DNA of 56,638 nucleotides from IMG/VR virus record IMGVR_UViG_3300042402_004196, positions 1 through 56,638 of that record; one strand, 5' to 3'. The translations under genes and the position numbers were made by a program. Source of the stretch: a virus. Lineage: Duplodnaviria > Caudoviricetes. Position 1 is the first letter of the stretch; each line of letters begins with the position of its first letter. Below are positions 18,858-29,096 of the stretch, piece after piece. The notes under the pieces were generated by a model. That model saw only the letters and a list, made by a program, of their open reading frames with translations, searched no databases and was not told the DNA's origin.

Positions 18858-21785
18858 ATGATTACAGCAGAAGAAATTAAATCGTTTCTAGAAGGAAACG
18901 ACCCTGAAGAACACATTGTGGCAATAGAATTTGATTATCAAAAAGACCACATTTATAAAATCAAAGAAGTACCCGGAAAGGGAAAATCAATCGTTAGAGA
19001 TAGTTTAATAGCATTTGCGTGGGTTGGTGACTTACGTGGTCTTAACTTTTATCAAGGTTCAAAAGCTTTACAAAAAGAAGCAATGTCCAAATATGGAATT
19101 GTTATTGAAAAATTAAGAACAGATGGAAATGAACAATTAGAAAAAGGTTTAACATTCCTTGTTAAATCACTTAAAGGGTATAGAGCGTTATCACAATTTT
19201 TTAGAGACGGCGGTATAGATCCTTGGGGTGAAAAAGCAAAAGACAAGTTTTTAATGTTAACACCGACAGAACAATTCTTAGTTTCAAAAGAAAAAAGATT
19301 GTTTAAAGGATTTGAAGATTACAATGATATTACAAGACTTGTATTTGACCTTGAGACGACCTCTTTGGAACCAAGGGATGGTCGTATATTTATGATTGGA
19401 ATTAAAACAAATAAAGGTTACAGAAAAGTAATTGAGTGTTCAAATGAAGACGAAGAACGAAGAGGTCTTGTTGAGTTCTTTAAAATTATAGACGAGATAA
19501 AGCCATCAATCATTTCTGGTTATAACTCAGCAAACTTTGACTGGTATTGGATTTACGAAAGATGTAAGATGTTAAATCTTGATATTAAAAAAATTGCAAA
19601 GTCACTTCATGGTGAAAGGTCAATAACACAAAAAGATTCAATGTTAAAACTTGGTAATGAGGTTGAGAAATTTACCCAAACTCAAATGTGGGGTTATAAC
19701 ATTATTGACATTATCCATTCAGTTCGTAGAGCTCAAGCCATCAACTCCTCAATAAAAGAAGCAGGTCTTAAATACATTACAAAATTTATTGATGGTGAAG
19801 CCGCTGACCGAGTGTACATAGACCACGATAAAATTGGTTCTTTATACAAAGAAAAAAACTTATACTGGTTAAACATAGAAAACGGAAAATATAAAAAGGT
19901 TGGTGTAGATGAGAAGATAGATGAGGTGTGTTCAAGAAGAACTGACATATACATTCAAACAACTGGTGATGATATTGTTGAAAGATATTTGGACGATGAC
20001 TTAGAAGAAACGTTACTTGTTGATGAAGAATTTAACCAAGGTTCTTTCCTTCTGGCATCACTTCTTCCAACAACATATGAAAGAGTATCAACAATGGGTA
20101 CGGCCACAATCTGGAAGCTTGTAATGCTTGCCTGGTCGTATAAGAATGGACTTGCAGTTCCAGCAAAAAAAGAAAAAAGAAACTTTGTTGGTGGATTGTC
20201 ACGATTACTTAAAACAGGATACTCAAAAGATGTATTAAAACTTGACTACTCTTCCCTATACCCATCTATTCAATTAACACACGATGTATTCCCAGAATCA
20301 GATATTACTGGTGTAATGAAAGGGTTGTTATCATATTTTAGGGATACTCGTATTATGTATAAGAACTTAGCATCAGAATATAAATCAATTGATAAAAAGA
20401 AGGCCAAATCTTATGATACAAAACAGTTACCAATTAAGATTTTTATTAACTCATTGTTTGGTGCTCTTTCCGCTCCACAGGTATTTCCTTGGGGTGATAT
20501 GGATATGGGAGAACAAATTACTTGTACTGGTAGACAGTATTTAAGACAGATGTTAAAATTCTTTATGAAAAGAGGATACACTCCACTTGTATGTGATACG
20601 GACGGTATGAACTTTTCTTTACCAGATGGTGGAGTTGAGAATAGAAAATACATTGGTCGTGGATTAAATTGGTTAGTTAAAGAAGGAAAAGAATATACGG
20701 GGTATGACGCTGATGTGGCCGAATTTAACGACCGGTTCATGCGTGGTACAATGGGTCTTGATTGTGACGGAACTTGGGATTCTTGTATTAACTTAGCTCG
20801 TAAAAACTACGCAACATTAGAACATAATGGTAAAGTAAAACTAACAGGAAACACAATTAAATCTAAAAAGATGCCAAAGTATATTGAGTTGTTTTTAGAT
20901 AAAGGAGTTAAACTATTACTTAATGGTAATGGTCAAGGGTTTGTTGAATGGTACTATGAATACTTACAAAAAATATTTGACCAAAAAATTCCTTTAATGG
21001 ATATTGCAAGTAAGGCAAAAATTAAACAATCAATTGATGACTACATCAAAAGAAGTAAAACTAAAACAAAGGCCGGTGCTTTAATGTCGAGACAAGCCCA
21101 TATGGAACTTGCAATAAATGAAGGTCTTAATGTTAATCTTGGTGATGTAATTTATTATGTAAACAACGGAACAAAGGCTTCACACGGTGATGTTCAGAAA
21201 GTTAATCAACCAAAGAAGGGATGGAGTGAGGAACAGATAAGTTTATTTTTTTCAAACAATGAAAAATCGGATTATAAAAATAAAGAACAATTCCTACTTA
21301 ACAATGGTTGGGAAAAATCTTGGTCAGACAATAACTGGGTTCGTAGTGACGCTAAAAACAAGGAAGCTAATACCGGAATACCAACAGATTTAGCATATAG
21401 ACTTGCTAGCACAGATTCTGTAATACAACTTAACTGTTATAGAATTAACCCCCAAGAATTGGAAAGTAACCCAGGACTTACTGGTGAGTATAATATTCAA
21501 AGGGCAATTGCAACATTTAATAAAAGAGTAGAACCATTACTTGTTGTTTTTAAAGAAGAAGTAAGAGATGGACTTTTAGTTAAGAATCCAGAAGAAAGAC
21601 CATTCTTTACAAAAGACCAGTGTGAATTAATTAATGGAGTTCCTTTTGAGGAAAAAGATCAGGACGACATCCAAAAGGATCTTATTGATATGGAAAAAGG
21701 TGAAGTTGAATTTTGGGGAAATGTTGGTATAAACCCACAATATATTTACGAATTAGCTGAAGAGGGGTGGGAAGAATATATTTAA
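18858..21785 (+). CDS. polB: Family B DNA polymerase
   Basis: Exo FDLETT and YNSANFD; Pol LDYSSLYPS, KIFINSLFG, CDTDG, KNYA. Start at 18858 (MITAEE) preferred; 18813 possible. Confidence 0.92.
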   Translation: MITAEEIKSFLEGNDPEEHIVAIEFDYQKDHIYKIKEVPGKGKSIVRDSLIAFAWVGDLRGLNFYQGSKALQKEAMSKYGIVIEKLRTDGNEQLEKGLTFLVKSLKGYRALSQFFRDGGIDPWGEKAKDKFLMLTPTEQFLVSKEKRLFKGFEDYNDITRLVFDLETTSLEPRDGRIFMIGIKTNKGYRKVIECSNEDEERRGLVEFFKIIDEIKPSIISGYNSANFDWYWIYERCKMLNLDIKKIAKSLHGERSITQKDSMLKLGNEVEKFTQTQMWGYNIIDIIHSVRRAQAINSSIKEAGLKYITKFIDGEAADRVYIDHDKIGSLYKEKNLYWLNIENGKYKKVGVDEKIDEVCSRRTDIYIQTTGDDIVERYLDDDLEETLLVDEEFNQGSFLLASLLPTTYERVSTMGTATIWKLVMLAWSYKNGLAVPAKKEKRNFVGGLSRLLKTGYSKDVLKLDYSSLYPSIQLTHDVFPESDITGVMKGLLSYFRDTRIMYKNLASEYKSIDKKKAKSYDTKQLPIKIFINSLFGALSAPQVFPWGDMDMGEQITCTGRQYLRQMLKFFMKRGYTPLVCDTDGMNFSLPDGGVENRKYIGRGLNWLVKEGKEYTGYDADVAEFNDRFMRGTMGLDCDGTWDSCINLARKNYATLEHNGKVKLTGNTIKSKKMPKYIELFLDKGVKLLLNGNGQGFVEWYYEYLQKIFDQKIPLMDIASKAKIKQSIDDYIKRSKTKTKAGALMSRQAHMELAINEGLNVNLGDVIYYVNNGTKASHGDVQKVNQPKKGWSEEQISLFFSNNEKSDYKNKEQFLLNNGWEKSWSDNNWVRSDAKNKEANTGIPTDLAYRLASTDSVIQLNCYRINPQELESNPGLTGEYNIQRAIATFNKRVEPLLVVFKEEVRDGLLVKNPEERPFFTKDQCELINGVPFEEKDQDDIQKDLIDMEKGEVEFWGNVGINPQYIYELAEEGWEEYI

Positions 21786-22153
21786 CCAAGTTTTAAACCA
21801 TCACTAGATGTTATATACCAATTTCCTTCTACGAATTGGAATTGAACACAGGCTCCTTTTTCTAAAAGGAGCTCATCCCAATCTTCATCTATCTTACCAA
21901 CATCAGATTTAACAACAACAGTTGTTAGAGATTTAACAACAACTCTACTACTTTTTTGTGAATTTAAAGTTACTTCACACTCATCAACATCTTTTATAAT
22001 TAATATTGTTTCTTCATCGGTTAGATAATTTGGTGTTGACACAACTCTTGATAAATCTTTAATTGTTTCAATAACAACTTTTGGTTCAACCACAGTTTGT
22101 GTCTGATACCTAACCACGTTTTTTCTTTCTGTTGTGTTAATTCTATTAATCAT
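21782..22153 (-). CDS. Hypothetical beta-rich protein, possibly structural
   Basis: Coupled to the neck gene; ends VQFQFVEGNWYI. Confidence 0.55.
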   Translation of the reverse strand: MINRINTTERKNVVRYQTQTVVEPKVVIETIKDLSRVVSTPNYLTDEETILIIKDVDECEVTLNSQKSSRVVVKSLTTVVVKSDVGKIDEDWDELLLEKGACVQFQFVEGNWYITSSDGLKLG

Positions 22154-23274
22154 ATTACATATATTTGTCTTGGCATTGCTCGGAACTTTAAACCTTTATT
22201 TAAATTTTCAGCAATAAGAGCTTCCCTCTCCATAACTTTTTCTGGTTTCAATCTAGTAAGTCTTCCTTCAGCACCAATAAGTTCTTCAATTAGTTTTGCT
22301 TTTTCATCTTTTCCTTCTGTCGCTAAAGATTGCCATTCCATAGTAAGATCACCATCTGGTGTCTTTAAATTACCACTAAATTTACCACGAACTTTAGAAA
22401 GCACTTCTTTACAATATGCGATAAACCATCTTCTAACCCAAACTTGTGCAGGATTGTTTAAATCTTGCCAACTTATTTTATCAAAAGGAACATCAGAAGG
22501 TAATTTAATAATATCTGGATTATCTTTTAAACATTTATCTCTATCTTCCGGACCAACATCATAATACCAATACCAAACTCTTCCTTTTGTTAAAGCGGTA
22601 TTACCAAAATCAAATTTACCACCTGGTGTATTCATTAAGTGAATTGCTTTTTTTCCGTCTGGTAATGCTGTAATTCTGTATGTTAAATCACCTAGAATAA
22701 TTCTTTTTTGTATGTTTATTTCTTGCATTCTCAATAAACTATCAAAAGCTGGTGTTAAAAAATAACTACCGGCCATGTTACCCATTTGTGCGTATCCACC
22801 GACACCACCAAGACCTCCACCACCAATACCACCAAACGACCAAGGATCAAATAAAAGATTATTCATTGTTGGTGGTGTAAACCACAACAATTCATTTATT
22901 TCTCTGTTTGCTGGAATTTCATAGATCTGTTGTCCTTTTTGTAATTGAATATAATCTTTCTTTAGAACGTAATCACCACCAGCCTGTAAACCGACAATTT
23001 TTGAATACGCATAAGTATATCTTGTTTCATAATCCAAACTCCTAGTTGTAAAAGCTTTAGACAAAGATTGTGTATCTAAATTCAAATTATATAGGTTAGT
23101 CCATTGAGACTCAATTAACCAATCCTGAACATATTGAGAATATTCATCAATAGAAAACTCTAAAAGAGTGTCCATTTGTTCATCTTCTAATTCAACACTC
23201 CTTAATGGTGCACCAAGTAAATGTCTAATTTTTCTGTAAAGGTTGGATCTTTCCGGTTCATTAATAATTGACAT
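22150..23274 (-). CDS. Neck/head-tail adaptor protein (T4 gp13-like)
   Basis: LLGAPLRSVELEDEQ; C-terminal KEVLSKVRGKFSG..PDGDLTM. Confidence 0.65.
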   Translation of the reverse strand: MSIINEPERSNLYRKIRHLLGAPLRSVELEDEQMDTLLEFSIDEYSQYVQDWLIESQWTNLYNLNLDTQSLSKAFTTRSLDYETRYTYAYSKIVGLQAGGDYVLKKDYIQLQKGQQIYEIPANREINELLWFTPPTMNNLLFDPWSFGGIGGGGLGGVGGYAQMGNMAGSYFLTPAFDSLLRMQEINIQKRIILGDLTYRITALPDGKKAIHLMNTPGGKFDFGNTALTKGRVWYWYYDVGPEDRDKCLKDNPDIIKLPSDVPFDKISWQDLNNPAQVWVRRWFIAYCKEVLSKVRGKFSGNLKTPDGDLTMEWQSLATEGKDEKAKLIEELIGAEGRLTRLKPEKVMEREALIAENLNKGLKFRAMPRQIYVI

Positions 23275-23305
23275 AGTGATTTTTTTATATAAATATCACA
23301 ATAAA

Positions 23306-25405
23306 TTATTTTACACCTACTATTCTACTAAGGTCTATTTTGAATCTTTCGTTTTTTGATAGTAGTCTTATAATATCTTGTGGGATATTATCACCTAATC
23401 TATTAACACCATACTTCCCACCAAATGAATTCATTAGATCAACTATTTTTATTGTTTCTGGAGTACTACTTAAAAAAGTAACATAGTCATCTTGTGATAG
23501 AACTGGAAATTGTATGCCACCAGTCATAGTTGGTTTGTAATTTAAAATTTTTGATGAAAATGTTATTGTTTGTGACCCTTTAGTTTTTGGTGCTGTTAAC
23601 AATTCAGGTATTTTTGCAAGTTGTATCAACTTGTTTTTGTCAAAATAATATAAGTTAATTTTATTTTCACTACCAGATGGTATACCAATTAACATTCCTG
23701 TAACCTCTTCTAATAACTTAGTTAGAATATCCTCAGCGCAGTTTCTAATATCTTGATTCTTGTGTTTAAGAATAAGTTCTAAAAAATTTGGAAATTGTGA
23801 TAAATTAATTAATTCTTCTTTATTTTCAGGACTGCCATTATAGTTCATAATATAACTATTAACAGATTTTTTAATACTTTTTAAATTTATTTTTTCACCC
23901 GTATTTCTAATAATTTTACAAGATATTTTATCCCCATCAACAGTAAAGACATCATAAGGTGAATTTAAATTTGTTGCTAGTTGACCACCTAATAAACCAG
24001 AAATTAACGCTTCAAAATCAAAACCTCTAGTCCTACTTTTAACAAATCTTTGAAAATAGTTTTCAAATCTAAATTTTGATCTTTCTGAAACATTAGTTAA
24101 ATTTAAAGTCATAAGTCCCTCAATTTTTCTATTGAAGATTAAAGAACCTCTTTCTATTTCAGCTGTAATAATATTGTTAATAGCAGATTCTGCAGCCTCT
24201 GCATCTAGAGGAATTAACCTAATTTTTTGTAACTCACGATTCATTAATTTTTTAATGTCTTGACCTGTTTCTTCATTTTCTAAAAGAACTCTAATGTAAG
24301 ATTCTTTAACAATTTTTTTATTTTTTAAAAGATATAACTCATTTACAAATTCCCAATTTATATGGTTCCAAAAATTTTTAACATATTCATCTCTTTTATT
24401 TCTATATCTTAAATAATAAGCGTGTTCCCAAACATCAAGACCTAATAATGGATAACCACCATCTTTAATAATATTCATAAGTGGGTTGTCCTGGTTTGGT
24501 GTAGACATTATTTTTAAATTACCTTTTTTTGTTAAAACCAACCAAGCCCACCCAGAACCAAACCTATCAAGAGCAACTTGATTAAATTCGTCCTTAAGAT
24601 TTTTTATATTTCCGTATTGTTTTTTTATTTTTTCATAAACTTCACCGGAAGGTCTTTGTTTTTTTGGGGACAACATTTTCCAAAATAATGCGTGGTTAAA
24701 TGCACCACCTGCATTATTTCTTACCTTTTCGTCAAACTTACTTATTGATTTAATAATATCTTCTAATTCTAGGTCTTTGTAATTTTTCTTTGATAAAGCA
24801 TCGTTTAATTTTTTTACATAACCCTTGTAATGTTTGTTATAGTGAATATCCATTGTTTCTGGATCAACAAACTGTTTCATTGCTGAATATGAGTAAGGTA
24901 GTTTTTCAATACCAATTTTTTTCATCTCAAGAAGAAAATTGTTTTTAATTTCTTCTTTTTCTGTTAATAAAATTTGTTCATTTAATAACTGAACATTTTT
25001 TATTAATTTTGTTGTTGATTCAAAAACTAAACCATTATAATTTGGGTACTCATTTTCAAACATTTTAATTAATCTACCAGCAAAAGCATTTGCCTCATCT
25101 TCGTTTTGACCTCCAATGTCCGGACCTCTTTCTCTACCCAAAACTAATCTCTGATGTGCGTGAACCCACTCATGGGCAAGAGTTCTCATTATATCCCTAT
25201 TTAGTCTATTTCTAGATAAAACTCTTATTTCGCCATTCATGTTTTGTGATCCTGTTGACATTACACCACTTTTTTTACCAAGAAATAAAATAGTTAAAGG
25301 ATTCCCAACTGGGTATTTAGAATTTATAAATTTAATAAAATCATTATACATTTTCTTGTCTTCCGACGAAAGACCAGAATCAATATGTTTTACAGTAACT
25401 TTCAT
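23306..25405 (-). CDS. Fusion: HExxH metallopeptidase-like + Fe/Mn superoxide dismutase + PD-(D/E)xK-like domain
   Basis: HEWVH..EDEANAFAG; LPYSY, HYNKHYKGYV, NNAGGAFNHALFW, FGSGWAWL, NQD, DVWEHAYY; GFDFE..YDV..ISCK. Confidence 0.8.
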   Translation of the reverse strand: MKVTVKHIDSGLSSEDKKMYNDFIKFINSKYPVGNPLTILFLGKKSGVMSTGSQNMNGEIRVLSRNRLNRDIMRTLAHEWVHAHQRLVLGRERGPDIGGQNEDEANAFAGRLIKMFENEYPNYNGLVFESTTKLIKNVQLLNEQILLTEKEEIKNNFLLEMKKIGIEKLPYSYSAMKQFVDPETMDIHYNKHYKGYVKKLNDALSKKNYKDLELEDIIKSISKFDEKVRNNAGGAFNHALFWKMLSPKKQRPSGEVYEKIKKQYGNIKNLKDEFNQVALDRFGSGWAWLVLTKKGNLKIMSTPNQDNPLMNIIKDGGYPLLGLDVWEHAYYLRYRNKRDEYVKNFWNHINWEFVNELYLLKNKKIVKESYIRVLLENEETGQDIKKLMNRELQKIRLIPLDAEAAESAINNIITAEIERGSLIFNRKIEGLMTLNLTNVSERSKFRFENYFQRFVKSRTRGFDFEALISGLLGGQLATNLNSPYDVFTVDGDKISCKIIRNTGEKINLKSIKKSVNSYIMNYNGSPENKEELINLSQFPNFLELILKHKNQDIRNCAEDILTKLLEEVTGMLIGIPSGSENKINLYYFDKNKLIQLAKIPELLTAPKTKGSQTITFSSKILNYKPTMTGGIQFPVLSQDDYVTFLSSTPETIKIVDLMNSFGGKYGVNRLGDNIPQDIIRLLSKNERFKIDLSRIVGVK

Positions 25406-25436
25406 TATAGATAAATACTATAAAAAACAAAAGAAA

Positions 25437-27197
25437 TTAAGGTCTTTTATTGATTAACTTTAAGATTTCCTCAACAACATCACCAGAGTCTTGTACCTCA
25501 TCACCCATTACGGTTCCAATAATTTTTTTCTTTTTATTTAGGATATCATAAATAACACCCTCAATTGTGTTTTCAAAAATTGGGTAATAAACAAGTACAT
25601 TGTTTTTTTGTCCATAACGGTAAGCCCTGTCTTCAGCTTGAGCATGTTCTGCCGGAACAAATGATAAGTCATTCATAATTACAACTTCTGCTGCCGTTAA
25701 AGTAAGTCCAACACCAGCGGCTTTTAAATTCCCAACAAATACTTTAACTTTTTCATTTTCCTGAAATTGATCAACAGCATATTGTCTCTGAACTTTATTA
25801 CAACTACCATCAAGATATACTGATTCTTTTCCAAAATGATTATGTATTAGTTGTAAAGTGTCAGTAAAGTTTGTGAAAATAATAACCTTTTTTCCTTGAT
25901 CAATAATGTTTTGAACAAACTCAATAGTTTCTTTTACTTTTTCATTTGCAATTACTTTTCTTACTTTCATAATTTTTGAAAACTGGATTGTAAGAGATGA
26001 AGATTCTTCTTTTTTATTTTCCAGCCAATCATAATATTCACCCATCAAATCTTTATATTCTTTTGATGAGGTTCTTAAGTAAACTGGCGTTATAATTTTT
26101 TCTGGTAAATCTAAAACTTGTTCTTTTAATCTTCTTAAAATTTGTTTTGATGTTCTATCTCTTAACTCCTCAAGGTTAGAAGCTCCAGTAACATTCCATA
26201 TTTTTCTATTACCGGCTCTGAACTGAAATCCTTGACAATAACGAATAGCATAAGCCATCCAATTTTGGGCAACCGGACTTTCAATTATTGATAATAGATT
26301 ATAATAGTTCATTGGTCTGGATGTCATTGGTGTTCCAGTTAATAACCAAACTCTTTTTATATCTTTCACAAAATTGTTAATAATTTTTGTTCTTTGAGCT
26401 TGAGTATTTGATACCATATGAGCTTCATCTAAAATAACCAACTCAAAATTTGATTGAGTCAATAATGAATTTTCCTTATCTTTTGGGTCGTGAAAGTTTT
26501 TTAATATATCGTAATTTACAATAACAAAATCAGATTCAGTTGAAAATTTTTTACCTTCTGCAATATAGCAAGATCTATCTGAATAATTTGCAATTTCTCT
26601 TTCCCAATTTATTTTAAGTGATGCCGGACAAATAATTAAAATCTTTTTTGCTCCCGTTTCTAAAGCGGCAATAATTGTTGAGGTAGTCTTACCTAATCCC
26701 ATATCGTCAGCCAAAATAAATCTTCTAGAACCAACAAGTTTTTCAATTGCTTCTTTTTGATGTGATAATGGTGGTCTATGATCGTATTTGGAATAATCAA
26801 TATTAACATCATCTACCGTTTGTGATTTAATTAAAGATGATTTAGGAACCCAAAACTCCGACAAATTATCCTTTTCAAAAAATTTACCCCACACATGATA
26901 CGATTTATCTTTCTCAACAAGTAACTTTTCAATATATATTTTTTCCGGTGTTTCAAGTAGATACCGTTCTTCTGCAAACTTTTTTGCGAAGTAATTATCT
27001 AACTCAACCCATTTACGAGCAACCTTTGGTTTTGTGTCAAAATATGTTGTTATGTATTCAGCTTGTGATCTTGTTGGGTAAAACTTCTTATTAGTTTCCT
27101 TTTTAGTTTTCATATAAATAATGTAATTGTTAGCCCCACTATATGAGTCTAACAAATCCATTGCTTTTAGTTCTATTATTTGTTTTGTGATTTCCAA
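25437..27197 (-). CDS. SNF2-family (SMARCAL1/HARP-like) helicase
   Basis: LADDMGLGKT, DEAH, LTGTP, GVGLTL, QAEDRAYRYGQ; TTG start. Confidence 0.9.
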   Translation of the reverse strand: MEITKQIIELKAMDLLDSYSGANNYIIYMKTKKETNKKFYPTRSQAEYITTYFDTKPKVARKWVELDNYFAKKFAEERYLLETPEKIYIEKLLVEKDKSYHVWGKFFEKDNLSEFWVPKSSLIKSQTVDDVNIDYSKYDHRPPLSHQKEAIEKLVGSRRFILADDMGLGKTTSTIIAALETGAKKILIICPASLKINWEREIANYSDRSCYIAEGKKFSTESDFVIVNYDILKNFHDPKDKENSLLTQSNFELVILDEAHMVSNTQAQRTKIINNFVKDIKRVWLLTGTPMTSRPMNYYNLLSIIESPVAQNWMAYAIRYCQGFQFRAGNRKIWNVTGASNLEELRDRTSKQILRRLKEQVLDLPEKIITPVYLRTSSKEYKDLMGEYYDWLENKKEESSSLTIQFSKIMKVRKVIANEKVKETIEFVQNIIDQGKKVIIFTNFTDTLQLIHNHFGKESVYLDGSCNKVQRQYAVDQFQENEKVKVFVGNLKAAGVGLTLTAAEVVIMNDLSFVPAEHAQAEDRAYRYGQKNNVLVYYPIFENTIEGVIYDILNKKKKIIGTVMGDEVQDSGDVVEEILKLINKRP

Positions 27198-27255
27198 AAT
27201 TATGTACTATACATAAAAATAATAATAAAAACAATATTTATCAATAAAACATCAT

Positions 27256-27768
27256 ATGGATAATAAAGTTCCTATAACAAGACTTGGTAAATTTTTTGGC
27301 GATAATGACTTTAGGTTAGAGATTGAAATGGGTCAAGAGTGGTTAATTGGTGACATGAACTATACTTGTGTTCTCTATAGAGTTGATAGAATGAAAACTA
27401 AAACAGATGATGTATATGGTGAAACAGTATCAGACGGTATAAAGTTTTTACCACCGGTTGAGTTTAACGCTTATGTTGCAATTGCAACTCCTGAAAATAA
27501 ATTTCTTGGTTCTACTAAAATGGATCAAGTTGAACCTGGTAATATCACAATGTCGGTTTATTTAAAAACTTTAGAAGATTTAGAAATTGATATTCAGTTT
27601 GGTGATTATGTTGGATATTATGATACAGAAAGTTTTGTAAGATATTACACAGTTGTAAATGATGGTCGTGTGACTTCAGATATAAAACATACATATAAAG
27701 GTTATCGTCCATTTTATAGAACAATAATTGCAGCGCCAGTTGGACCTAATGAATTTAGAGGATTATAA
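27256..27768 (+). CDS. Putative head closure/neck protein (gp14-like)
   Basis: DDVYGE, LPPVEF, IQFGDYV; position ahead of the tail genes. Confidence 0.55.
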   Translation: MDNKVPITRLGKFFGDNDFRLEIEMGQEWLIGDMNYTCVLYRVDRMKTKTDDVYGETVSDGIKFLPPVEFNAYVAIATPENKFLGSTKMDQVEPGNITMSVYLKTLEDLEIDIQFGDYVGYYDTESFVRYYTVVNDGRVTSDIKHTYKGYRPFYRTIIAAPVGPNEFRGL

Positions 27769-27770
27769 AA

Positions 27771-28811
27771 ATGCCACTACCAAAGAAAATAAAAAAAGAT
27801 ATTAGTTTAATTGAGAAGAAAATACTTCTTCCAAGAAGAAATGAGATTGCTGATATGATTTCACAAGATGGAACATATCTTCCTAAATCTTTATTACATC
27901 CAGATTTAGATAGGGGTTTTTTAGATTTTGTTCGTGATGAATTAAAATGTGTTGTTGAGGGAAAAACAATACCTATGGTTGATATTTTGATTACAACACA
28001 AAATTGGTCACAATTTACTGAAACTTGGGATTTCCAAAACATTGATAAAAATGTAGAACCCCCTTTTATTGCAGTTGTAAGATCTCCAGAAGTTGAGTAT
28101 GGTAATAACCCGTCAATTACTACATACACAATCCCAAATAGAAGACAATATTTTTATGCTAAAGTTCCAACTTGGGACGGACAAAGACATGGAATGGATA
28201 TCTATAAAATTCCACAACCAGTACCGGTTGATATAAAATACACTGTGGTTATTGTATGTAATAGAATGCGAGAATTAAATAGATTTAATCAAACTGTAAT
28301 TACAAAGTTTTCATCAAAACAAGCATATCAAGTTATCAAAGGACATTATATTCCAATTATTAGAGGAAGTATATCCGATGAGTCCGTACTTGATCTTGAA
28401 AAAAGAAAAGTTTATTTACAAAAATATGAAATGACACTACAAGGTTTTTTAATTGATGAAGATGAATTTGAAATAAAGCCGGCAATAACAAGGACTTTTC
28501 AGATTTACGAAACAGAAACCCAGATTAAAAAGAAAAAACCAAAAAAACCTGAACCACAAATAACATCAACTTATATGCCAATGTTTCCAGTTGGTAACTT
28601 AGTTAGTGTTCAAAATTTTGATTATACTGTTAATTTAAAATTATCTGAAAATAAAAACGTAGATTCATTCCAAGTTTTTATAAACAATGATTTTTATGGA
28701 ACTAGTGTTACAGAAATACAAATTAATACCGGTGACGAGTTAAGACTTGTAGTGACAAAAGATGATAACACAAAAGAGTCAGATATAATATTCAATCAAG
28801 AATTAATTTAA
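27771..28811 (+). CDS. Putative tail terminator/completion protein
   Basis: PQPVPVDIKYTV..MRELN and MTLQGFLID; position before the sheath. Confidence 0.55.
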   Translation: MPLPKKIKKDISLIEKKILLPRRNEIADMISQDGTYLPKSLLHPDLDRGFLDFVRDELKCVVEGKTIPMVDILITTQNWSQFTETWDFQNIDKNVEPPFIAVVRSPEVEYGNNPSITTYTIPNRRQYFYAKVPTWDGQRHGMDIYKIPQPVPVDIKYTVVIVCNRMRELNRFNQTVITKFSSKQAYQVIKGHYIPIIRGSISDESVLDLEKRKVYLQKYEMTLQGFLIDEDEFEIKPAITRTFQIYETETQIKKKKPKKPEPQITSTYMPMFPVGNLVSVQNFDYTVNLKLSENKNVDSFQVFINNDFYGTSVTEIQINTGDELRLVVTKDDNTKESDIIFNQELI

Positions 28812-28972
28812 TTCTCACCGTATATATCCTTTTTTTCTTTACACTTTTCTATTATTAGGTTTTCCAAAAACCTATACATCTTTATACCTCGTTTATCACA
28901 ATACTTTTTTAAGATATCATGAGACTCAACAGAGATCTTTAAATTTTTTATCTTTTTAGGTTCTTTATCCAT
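28808..28972 (-). CDS. 54-aa ribbon-helix-helix-like DNA-binding protein (not in ORF track)
   Basis: MDKEPKKIKNLKISVESHDILKKYCDKRGIKMYRFLENLIIEKCKEKKDIYGEN; strand-helix-G-helix pattern; own TATTTAT at 29009-29015 (-). Confidence 0.6.
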   Translation of the reverse strand: MDKEPKKIKNLKISVESHDILKKYCDKRGIKMYRFLENLIIEKCKEKKDIYGEN

Positions 28973-29096
28973 GGGTAGAAAAAAGGTAGAAAAAAATCAT
29001 ACCAAGATATAAATAGTTTTAATTAAGTAAAGTTTTTGGGATAAATAAGAATATTTATAATAAAAAATAAAATTAAAAATTTAAAAATTAAAACCT

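Noticed and set aside
18858-21785. Intein or intron in PolB (also checked RecA and DnaB)
   Set aside because: No C/S...HN splice motifs or LAGLIDADG blocks; frames are continuous
21782-21785. Convergent stops sharing TTAA (also 28808-28811)
   Set aside because: Common compaction feature in AT-rich genomes
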